52,987 bases of DNA. It comes from a virus. Its lineage: Duplodnaviria > Caudoviricetes. Positions 45,902 through 52,987 of the stretch are shown here, piece after piece (within the stretch, counting starts at the first letter, position 1; the number at the start of each line of letters is the position of its first letter). Under the pieces are notes generated by a model that searched no databases, was not told the origin of the DNA, and saw only the letters and a program-made list of their open reading frames with translations. The position numbers and the translations under genes are program-made. The stretch lies in IMG/VR virus record IMGVR_UViG_3300018080_000028, positions 1 to 52,987 of that record; one strand, 5' to 3'.

Positions 45902-47000
45902 TTTGTTGCCCGGTCTTGGAATAGGTCCTGGCTACCAGGTCGTCAAAAGCGCCGACAGCCTGTTGTTGCTGAAAGCGAAAGATCGTCATTTTTTGTTCGG
46001 GTTGCCTTCAAACAATGCCTGGGACGGGTGGAGCGTTATCACCGAAAGGGCGCATCACAGATATATAAATTTTTTGAATGAACACCCGAACGCCGCCCCG
46101 TTTTTGAATATATGGCATGTGCCAGGATCACAGTTCGGAAAAAAGGCTGACTGGTGGGATTTTACAACGGGTGGCTTTTTGGCCCTGTTGTGGGAAATTG
46201 AAAAAGGTGATATGCCGGTAGTGGATTTCATTAGGAATACTTTTTCTCCCGGAATGTCGGTTGAGGGAATTGCCATGTATTCCAACTGGGGTGAAATTTC
46301 ACATTACTGGTTAAATTTTGTTGCTGTGCTCGCACAAAGCGCCGCCCAAAATAAATGGGCGAACTTTGTTATTTTTGAGGAGAGGTCTATGGCCTTATCA
46401 GATGAAGGACGCTCCAGTCTTGCTGAAAAATTTGACGAAACCGTTGTTGCCGCTATCGAAGAACAGGTCGCCAGATCCGAAGAAGATATGGAAAGAGACG
46501 CACCGCTTCGGATGGATGCCCCAACCGAGGACAAAACTTCTGACGAAGATTCAACCGGAGAAGATAAGCCGGAGAACGAAAACTCGTCGGAAGAAATACA
46601 GGAAGAACCGCAAACAGAGGTTGTTTATACAACCCCTGACGAGGTTGCCAGCGCCCTGGCAACATTTGGCGTTGAATTAACGCGTCAAATCAGCGAAGAG
46701 CTGACACGTCAATTGACGGAGCAGCTTGAAAAACAACTGCAGGCCGGTCTTGCAAAGGTCGAAGAACGCCTGGCTAAAATGCAGGAGCAGGAAGAAAGCA
46801 GGCCGAACATTGCAGCCCTTGCTATGCAAAACATGACTCCGTTTGATCGTACTGATGGTGATGACAGCGCTAAAATCGATGGACGCAGCGCACTCGCCAA
46901 AAGTTCGCCTGAAATAACTGAAGCCGTCGATAAAGGATATGGCGGCATTGGACTTCATTCGTTAGGGAAAAAGGCCGATAAAGCCGAGGAAGAGGAGTAG
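45858..47000 (+). CDS. Prohead protease fused to scaffold
   Basis: N-terminal domain with LNIWH and GMS (His/Ser candidates); acidic coiled-coil C-terminal half. The start is uncertain (45858-45870). Confidence 0.65.
   Translation: MRKMMRKTAKQILIDLLPGLGIGPGYQVVKSADSLLLLKAKDRHFLFGLPSNNAWDGWSVITERAHHRYINFLNEHPNAAPFLNIWHVPGSQFGKKADWWDFTTGGFLALLWEIEKGDMPVVDFIRNTFSPGMSVEGIAMYSNWGEISHYWLNFVAVLAQSAAQNKWANFVIFEERSMALSDEGRSSLAEKFDETVVAAIEEQVARSEEDMERDAPLRMDAPTEDKTSDEDSTGEDKPENENSSEEIQEEPQTEVVYTTPDEVASALATFGVELTRQISEELTRQLTEQLEKQLQAGLAKVEERLAKMQEQEESRPNIAALAMQNMTPFDRTDGDDSAKIDGRSALAKSSPEITEAVDKGYGGIGLHSLGKKADKAEEEE
46389..47000 (+). CDS. Nested in-frame scaffold protein
   Basis: Strong internal SD GAGGAGAGG before ATG 46389 at the domain boundary. 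Confidence 0.6.
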   Translation: MALSDEGRSSLAEKFDETVVAAIEEQVARSEEDMERDAPLRMDAPTEDKTSDEDSTGEDKPENENSSEEIQEEPQTEVVYTTPDEVASALATFGVELTRQISEELTRQLTEQLEKQLQAGLAKVEERLAKMQEQEESRPNIAALAMQNMTPFDRTDGDDSAKIDGRSALAKSSPEITEAVDKGYGGIGLHSLGKKADKAEEEE

Positions 47001-47002
47001 TT

Positions 47003-48325
47003 ATGTATATCGAACAGGTACAACAAAGGAAACACGCGGAACTAATCCGCAGCAAATGGCAGAACCGGCCAGGAGCGACTGCTCCTCTGGTGAAAGCGGC
47101 TCTTGGGACATCGGATGCCAGCACACGATTGCGTACATTGTTTGGTGATTGCACCGAACCGGACATCCTGAGTATCATTCAACATGATATTTATGGAATT
47201 ATGAACGTGATCCCGGCCATACCATCTACCCAAACTGCCTACACATTTGGGTATATCGTCGGTTTTGGCATCAACCAGGAAGATGCCGATGAACCGGACA
47301 CCCCCTGTGATGATGGTCCAAGCGGTGTGTGGTCTGAATGTGAATACACATTCACCGGGTTTGGACGCATCCAGCGTGATAGCGTCACCATCGAGTTGAC
47401 CGAGGCCATGATGCGTGCCGATGCCTGTGACGATGATTTTTTCCTGTTGAATTCGTTGCAGCCGGAGGTTTTTAATCCGGGCGGCGAGTTTTCCGATAAA
47501 CTGACATCGGTGTTAAACGTAGTTGCTGAGAGCGAAACCTCAATGATCGGTTTGCTTTTGCAGCAGCAGGCTATGGACAACCTCTGGAATGGAAACCCGG
47601 CCAACAACAACGGCACCGGTTATCTGGAAGAGCCCGGCTTCGACATGCTGATCGACGAGGGACTGGTGCAGGATTGCCCTGATCTTGACAGTTACCTGTA
47701 CGACATGGACCATCTCTGTGTATCAGACCCCGCGGTCTGGGACCAGGTGAAGGCCATGGAGCGCGAACTGTGGGTGCGCGGCAAACGTTCGCGCCTGATG
47801 CCCGGCACTGTTCTGTGTATGCGTGAAGAGCTGTTCTGGGAATGGACCGAGTACCTGCCCTGCCAGATGGCGGTCGAGGGTTGCCGTGTGACTGATGGTG
47901 ATGGTGAACACATCATTCTTGATGCCCGCAATGAAATTGCCGTCCGGCAACAGATGCGGGACAGCCAGACCCTGATAGTTAACGGTCGCGCTTACCCGGT
48001 GATGCTCGACGACGGCATTGCCGAGGGCGTTGGTACAACGTGCGCCAATTCCAGCACGATTTATATGTTAAACTTGACCATCCTGAACGGGTTCCCGACA
48101 ACCTATGTCCACCACAAGGACTACCGTAAACTGACGGTCCCGCTTGGAGCACGCGAAGCAGAAATGCGTCCCTGGATCCCTTGCTGGTCTAATGAGGGGC
48201 AGCTTCTCTGGCGGCAGCAATTTGACCGCAGTTGTATCAAGTTTGATGGTACGGTCGAGTTCCGGCCTATCATACGGTGCCCGCAATTGTGCGGCAAGAT
48301 CACGAACGTTGAATACGACGCTTAA
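47003..48325 (+). CDS. Major capsid protein
   Basis: 440 aa after the scaffold; AGGAG SD; LWNGNPANN...GFDMLI resembles the HK97-fold G-loop region; C-terminal PQLCGKITNV. Confidence 0.8.
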   Translation: MYIEQVQQRKHAELIRSKWQNRPGATAPLVKAALGTSDASTRLRTLFGDCTEPDILSIIQHDIYGIMNVIPAIPSTQTAYTFGYIVGFGINQEDADEPDTPCDDGPSGVWSECEYTFTGFGRIQRDSVTIELTEAMMRADACDDDFFLLNSLQPEVFNPGGEFSDKLTSVLNVVAESETSMIGLLLQQQAMDNLWNGNPANNNGTGYLEEPGFDMLIDEGLVQDCPDLDSYLYDMDHLCVSDPAVWDQVKAMERELWVRGKRSRLMPGTVLCMREELFWEWTEYLPCQMAVEGCRVTDGDGEHIILDARNEIAVRQQMRDSQTLIVNGRAYPVMLDDGIAEGVGTTCANSSTIYMLNLTILNGFPTTYVHHKDYRKLTVPLGAREAEMRPWIPCWSNEGQLLWRQQFDRSCIKFDGTVEFRPIIRCPQLCGKITNVEYDA

Positions 48326-48339
48326 TTGAGGAGAAGGTT

Positions 48340-48576
48340 ATGCCGAATGTCAGTGTGAAAGTTATGGGTGATGAAGGTCGCCTTGTAATGGTGCGCGGTC
48401 GCTCTACTCGCACATTCTATGGGCACTTCAGAACCGGTTCGATTGTGTCGGTTGATTCGCGTGATGTTGACGGCAAACTGTTGGTCGAGGCCAAAACCGA
48501 TAACGGCAAACACCGCGGACGGCCTAAAAAGGTGAAAACCGTACCGGAAGAAACCGATGAAGCGGCATCGTCCTAG
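48340..48576 (+). CDS. Small head-module protein
   Basis: GAGGAG SD; VRGRSTRTFYGHFRTG domain and RGRPKK tail. Confidence 0.7.
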   Translation: MPNVSVKVMGDEGRLVMVRGRSTRTFYGHFRTGSIVSVDSRDVDGKLLVEAKTDNGKHRGRPKKVKTVPEETDEAASS

Positions 48577-48808
48577 CGGTTGAGGGAAAAAGCGGAAAAG
48601 AAGTCCGCCGCGACGTGTCACGCCGCATGATGCCAAAAAAATCCTGGCAGAATTTCGACCTGTTGACAGACATGGAGAAGTTTTACCGGGATTACATAGT
48701 GTACGCGGTCTCAAGACCAAACAATTTTACGGGCACTTTAAAGCCGGGATGTTCATCTCGGTTTATGAAACTGATGCCCTGTCTGATGAAAGGCTTGTAA
48801 TACCGTGA
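48557..48808 (+). CDS. 83-codon paralogue of 48340-48576 with in-frame TGA at codon 9 (candidate selenoprotein)
   Basis: MKRHRPSG(TGA)GKKRKRSPPRR...SVRGLKTKQFYGHFKAGMFISVYETDA...; the stop overlaps the next GTG start (GTGA); no canonical start between the TGA and the conserved block. Confidence 0.65.
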
Positions 48809-49155
48809 GTATATGGATTTTTGTCCAGCTTGCATTGGCAGCATCTTTACTTACAATGCTGCTGGTTGAGGAACGTGGACCGTTTAAGGTTTTCCGGCGA
48901 TTTAGATTACGACTCGGAATTCGTTATCACGGATTGTCGGAAAACCCCTCCGATCTTTTAGGACAGGCAGACCTTGAAAACAACGATGCTTACGCACTTG
49001 GCGAACTGGGCGAGTTGTTTTTGTGCTCGCGCTGTACCGGGTTGTGGGTCTCGTTTATTCTGTTTGTCCTTGTCGAAATATCAGTTGTCCCGTTTTGGAT
49101 AATTACCATGCTCGCAGGCGCTAAACTGGTTATCTTGATAGAGGCGTATTCGTGA
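48805..49155 (+). CDS. DUF1360-like membrane protein with CxxC
   Basis: ERGPFKVFRRFR, LGELFLCSRCTGLWVS and three hydrophobic segments. Confidence 0.75.
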   Translation: MSIWIFVQLALAASLLTMLLVEERGPFKVFRRFRLRLGIRYHGLSENPSDLLGQADLENNDAYALGELGELFLCSRCTGLWVSFILFVLVEISVVPFWIITMLAGAKLVILIEAYS

Positions 49156-50399
49156 GAAGTGATACAGCTTTAACCCTGGCCGAGTTTGGCCGATGGCTCG
49201 GAGCCAATCCATGGCAACTGGCTCAGATAGATTACGGCGAACAAAAAATTGCCGGTGCCAGTTGTGATGGTGATTGCACGTATCAATACATGTGGCAGGA
49301 CGGCGTTAATTCGCGTGAAACACTCATTGATGCTATCAGAGCTGCCGAGTTTTTGTTTCGCTTCTGGACTAGCAGATACCCCTGCCCTACCGCAATCGTC
49401 GATGACGAAATTGATTTCCCATTTCCAGAACGCGGGTTTTACGATGCCGAGGGAAAACTTAAAGTCTTCCGCCCACACTGGCATAATGTGATTGAATTTG
49501 GCACAGTCTCTCTTACGCAAATCGCCGACGACGAACCCCTGGACCGCGATGCGCCAGATCCCCCTGCCGATGTGTTTTATATCACAGGATTAGCCATACC
49601 TGACGATACCGAAGCCGATGATGTTATCGTCGCGCTCACCCCGGCTGATGGCGGTTATACTGACGGGGCTGAGCCTGAATTACAATACCAGATACGCCCC
49701 TTAACGGTGACAATTGACAGTTCGGGCGGCGCTGGAAACTGGACCGCAGATATTGAGGGGGATGCCTATCTTTTTGTATTGCCATCATTATATGAAGCGG
49801 TAGAACCCGTGTGCCAGGAACATTTGCTCGCCACTTATGTCGAAGAGGTGGATGTATGGGTTAAATCGGTTGACACAACCGACCACGGGCATTACGTTCT
49901 CAATCAGACCGATTGCGGAGACGACCTCTGCACCGAAAGCACACAAACTTTTTGTATCGAAAGAAAGGCCATCGGCATGTATGCCGGACGACCGGCTGAT
50001 TACGATGGTGGATGGTCAAGGGTCTGTCTGCAATTTGTGCCGCAGTTCATAAACCTGAACTATGTGGCCGGTGAGCCAATGTCTTACGGCGGCTTTTTGG
50101 ACAAATTTGTGGTGCAGATATTGTCATTGATTACTGTTGGAATCATGGCGGTTGACTGGGAATTGTGTTGTAATGCCTGTTTCACTGAAAAGTTTATGTT
50201 TTACAACCGCGCTCAGAAAGAAATTGTGACCGGCATGACCCATGCCAGCACCTCAATTCGTGGCGCTGAACAGTATCAGCTTTTAAAATCGGCCCCATTT
50301 TTAGATCAATGGGGATACGACCCGACTCGCGGTTTGATCAAGGCTTACTTTGATCTTAAACAGTCGGGATGGATAAGTCCTTCCGGTGTTAGTGTGTGA
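49152..50399 (+). CDS. Putative head-tail adaptor with inserted domain
   Basis: LTLAEFGRWLG...AIRAAE N-terminus and INLNYVAG resemble gp6/gp15-type adaptors; acidic, 11 Cys. Confidence 0.6.
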   Translation: MRSDTALTLAEFGRWLGANPWQLAQIDYGEQKIAGASCDGDCTYQYMWQDGVNSRETLIDAIRAAEFLFRFWTSRYPCPTAIVDDEIDFPFPERGFYDAEGKLKVFRPHWHNVIEFGTVSLTQIADDEPLDRDAPDPPADVFYITGLAIPDDTEADDVIVALTPADGGYTDGAEPELQYQIRPLTVTIDSSGGAGNWTADIEGDAYLFVLPSLYEAVEPVCQEHLLATYVEEVDVWVKSVDTTDHGHYVLNQTDCGDDLCTESTQTFCIERKAIGMYAGRPADYDGGWSRVCLQFVPQFINLNYVAGEPMSYGGFLDKFVVQILSLITVGIMAVDWELCCNACFTEKFMFYNRAQKEIVTGMTHASTSIRGAEQYQLLKSAPFLDQWGYDPTRGLIKAYFDLKQSGWISPSGVSV

Positions 50400-50406
50400 G
50401 GTAATT

Positions 50407-50688
50407 ATGGATAACGACAGTAAATCTTCCGATAAGGGAAAAAAGGAAACTGAGTCGCCAATTGAGGCAAAAGCGAAAAGTGTTCCTTCTTTGCGCAGAC
50501 GTTCCAGCACCTCCAAATTGGAGGCGGCAGTGAACAGGCATCTGCCAAAGGCCAGTGATTTTTTTACAGAATTTGCTCGTCGAGGGATCACCGACGAAGA
50601 ATTCCACGCACAACTGTTGCGTCGTGCAGCAAATCTGGTTTTCGTTCGTTTTCTGACCGCAGTAGTTAAAGATATGGCGGAGGAGTAA
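50407..50688 (+). CDS. Hypothetical protein
   Basis: GAGG SD; in operon. Confidence 0.55.
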   Translation: MDNDSKSSDKGKKETESPIEAKAKSVPSLRRRSSTSKLEAAVNRHLPKASDFFTEFARRGITDEEFHAQLLRRAANLVFVRFLTAVVKDMAEE

Positions 50689-50689
50689 A

Positions 50690-52192
50690 ATGCCAAGTGA
50701 AAAGATAGACCCAAGACTAAAAAGCAGGCCGGAAAGTATGTCCGGTCCTGAAGCAGTGGATACGCATTATCCACTGTTTATCGAAGAAGAGTATCCAATG
50801 CTGGTTCAGCTGGACGGGCACTCTCTTGTACAGACCAACGTACAAGAAACCTCTCCGCCTGAAATCCCATTGCCTATTGTGCTTGACGGCAAAATCATTA
50901 TGTCGTCGGTTATCAGCACAAAAAGGTATATCGCACGCACAGATTACGACATTGGAATGCCTGCGTGGGATTACAGTGTTCTAGAGGAGTTTGTCGAAAC
51001 GGGGCAGATTTACCCTATCCTGCGCATTCGTAATGAATGTGATCCGTGTGATAAATCTGCTTATGCTTACACACCGACAACGCCTTTTTCCGATGTGAAA
51101 ACCTCAGACAATCTGACGGCTGGCGGTATTGACACGGCTGAAAATATCATCGGTAAAACCACCAGTTTTTCCGTGGCCGTGGTTGAACGTATTATGGGAC
51201 TGCGTTTTTCGCTGGCCCGCGATGATATTTTGCAACCACTACACGCCGTTGTGTGGATTGAAGGAGATCATTGCCATGATCTCGACTTTTGCCCAGACGA
51301 TATTGCAGTTGGCGGTGAAAGCAGCCTGCTGGACTATTACGCTACGACAACGACCAAGTGGGATACCGACACAGCAATAGCCGGTCTAACACCTGCCATG
51401 ATTGTTACCGATCTGAAACTCTATAAGGGCATCCTGGTCGGCACTTATGCCGATGATCTTGATCCGGCGGTTGCCCTGACCGGCGGTATTTTTTACGTTC
51501 AGGATGGAGTTCTAACCATATCCACTTCCGGTGGATTGGCGATTGGCGCTGCCATGTATGGCGTGGACTACATCGACAATCAGTGGGTTGCGGTTGGTCA
51601 GAATGCCGCAATCCATAGCACAACCACAGATGCCCTGGCTGATTGGACCGCAATCGTGACAACAGTCACGGCCACTCACCTGATGTGTATCGCAGGTGAC
51701 ATCTGGAATGATGTGTTTTACGTCGGGGACAGCGTTGGTGGAGCGTTTACTATCAGCCGGTCGGTTGTGGCTGATATTACGGCGCTGGTTGACGCAGGTG
51801 GACTCCTGGCATCGGTTTTAAGTGTGGCTGTCGTTGACGACGACTTTGTGCTTTATGGTGGTGACAGTGGTTATGTGATGGAGAACACTGCGGCGAGCGC
51901 TGGTGGTGTTTACACCGTCTATAATCTGGGCGCAAACGACGTTAATGCCATTGCGGGTTCCAGATGGCGGCAGCTTTTTGGACATGGTGACGAAATCATT
52001 GAACGATCGTTATTGACGGTTGAACATGGCCGACTCACTTTTGACACCGTTGATTTTCTCGGTGGACAGGCTCCTTCTGGGAACATTATGGATATGGATT
52101 TTGTCAGGCGTTACAACGGCGCAAACTTTTTTGTGGCCGTGACCGACGGAAATGAACTGATCTTCATATCCATTTGTTTGTCGAAGTGCTGA
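50690..52192 (+). CDS. Putative major tail protein with C-terminal beta-propeller-like domain
   Basis: GGAGGAG SD; immediately before the chaperone; repeated blade-like units (WVAVGQNAAI, FYVGDSVG, VLYGGDSGYV). Confidence 0.55.
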   Translation: MPSEKIDPRLKSRPESMSGPEAVDTHYPLFIEEEYPMLVQLDGHSLVQTNVQETSPPEIPLPIVLDGKIIMSSVISTKRYIARTDYDIGMPAWDYSVLEEFVETGQIYPILRIRNECDPCDKSAYAYTPTTPFSDVKTSDNLTAGGIDTAENIIGKTTSFSVAVVERIMGLRFSLARDDILQPLHAVVWIEGDHCHDLDFCPDDIAVGGESSLLDYYATTTTKWDTDTAIAGLTPAMIVTDLKLYKGILVGTYADDLDPAVALTGGIFYVQDGVLTISTSGGLAIGAAMYGVDYIDNQWVAVGQNAAIHSTTTDALADWTAIVTTVTATHLMCIAGDIWNDVFYVGDSVGGAFTISRSVVADITALVDAGGLLASVLSVAVVDDDFVLYGGDSGYVMENTAASAGGVYTVYNLGANDVNAIAGSRWRQLFGHGDEIIERSLLTVEHGRLTFDTVDFLGGQAPSGNIMDMDFVRRYNGANFFVAVTDGNELIFISICLSKC

Positions 52193-52223
52193 TTTGCGAT
52201 TGTAAGCTAAAACGTAGTATAAT

Positions 52224-52256
52224 ATAGAGGCTCAGTATTGAGCCTCTATTACTTTC
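52224..52256 (+). terminator. Hairpin terminator after the tail gene
   Basis: Perfect 11-bp stem ATAGAGGCTCA-GTAT-TGAGCCTCTAT followed by TACTTT. Confidence 0.65.
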
Positions 52257-52267
52257 CGGGAGGAAGC

Positions 52268-52957
52268 ATGACAGATAAAAAACCATCGTCACGTAAAGAA
52301 GCTCTGCAGGAAATGTCTTTTACCGAAGAACTTGTGCTCGATGACGGCAAAACAAGAGTTGTGGCGCATTACGATCAATTAGCGGCAAAACGTGCTTTTG
52401 AATTGTCACGGGAATTACGTTTTGCTCGCGGTATAAAGGAAGCTGGAGACATCTCCATTTACACTCCTGATTTTGAGCGCCTTATGAGTGATTTTGGCCT
52501 GGATATGAAAGACCGGGGCGAACGCCAGCTGGCCGAGGAGCTGCTGGAAGATTTTGCCGGACATCATCGGAACTTGGGTCGTGTTGCGTTTACTGAAGCT
52601 ATGATGGTTGCCGTGTTGCAGGACCTCTTTTTTGTGCAGAGGGTTGGGAAACAGGATGTTGTTAAACTGAAAAAAGGGGTTAAGGCCAAGGTGTCTGAAA
52701 CGTATTTTGAAAATCCCCCTGCCCTGCCGAGAATTCCTGCACCGCCGCGCCGGTTAAAAAACAGCGTCGCCGAACAGATGGTCGCGCTTATGACGGTTGT
52801 GCTGACAGATAACCCGGAGTTCCAGAAGAACATCAACGATCTAGTATTGTCAATGCGTCATATGATCGATGCTATTGACGAACAGTTTGACGAAGATGAT
52901 GTGGAGGATTTGTCGGCTGTGCCCGATACCAATTTTCAACCTGAGTCAGTGGACTGA
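52268..52957 (+). CDS. Tail assembly chaperone (gpG-like)
   Basis: GGGAGG SD; acidic C-terminus; position between tail tube and tape measure. Confidence 0.6.
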   Translation: MTDKKPSSRKEALQEMSFTEELVLDDGKTRVVAHYDQLAAKRAFELSRELRFARGIKEAGDISIYTPDFERLMSDFGLDMKDRGERQLAEELLEDFAGHHRNLGRVAFTEAMMVAVLQDLFFVQRVGKQDVVKLKKGVKAKVSETYFENPPALPRIPAPPRRLKNSVAEQMVALMTVVLTDNPEFQKNINDLVLSMRHMIDAIDEQFDEDDVEDLSAVPDTNFQPESVD

Positions 52958-52987
52958 TTATTGGGTTTATCTGTTTGATGTCAGGGC

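Noticed and set aside
48615-48800. Listed 61-aa ORF (and antisense 48322-48720) as the gene in this gap
   Set aside because: No SD or homology signal; the alternative frame shows paralogy and stop/start coupling.
52865-52987. 123-bp repeat as a biological terminal repeat
   Set aside because: It falls mid-gene in the tail module and is best explained as assembler overlap of a circular contig.
1-52987. Genome-wide stop-codon reassignment
   Set aside because: TGA, TAG and TAA all end well-packed genes; only one in-frame TGA case was found.
1-52987. tRNA or rRNA genes
   Set aside because: No cloverleaf or T-loop signature seen in the intergenic gaps; a tRNAscan/Rfam run would be needed to exclude them fully.

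Overview
The window is an apparently complete, circularly assembled 52,864-bp tailed dsDNA phage genome; bases 1-123 are repeated at 52865-52987. It looks like a long non-contractile-tailed phage. The host is probably Chloroflexota/Anaerolineae-like, which is an inference from gene styles and the lack of an endolysin. The + strand arm (37.5 kb through the junction to 13.1 kb) holds terS/terL, portal, protease-scaffold, major capsid, head-tail, tail tube, tail chaperones, a LysM-bearing tape measure, two paralogous fibres and a lysis cassette. The - strand arm (36.7 to 13.3 kb) holds small early genes, a ParM-type partition locus, an annealing protein, an iteron-containing initiator, a primase-helicase, an exonuclease and DNA-modification enzymes. 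A - strand island between terL and portal encodes an HTH protein, an HslV-like peptidase, a Cre/Xer-like recombinase and a TGT-like (DUF6610-like)-GNAT fusion. The main unexpected observations are: (1) an ORF missed by the ORF track (48557-48808) with an in-frame UGA in a G-UGA-G context inside a long RNA stem, a candidate phage selenoprotein beside a membrane CxxC protein and very Cys-rich capsid proteins; (2) a phage-plasmid lifestyle; (3) a candidate new DNA base modification; (4) an early region free of GATC and GGWCC but strongly enriched in GASTC. All protein calls come from motif reading by eye, not database searches, and motif counts are manual.
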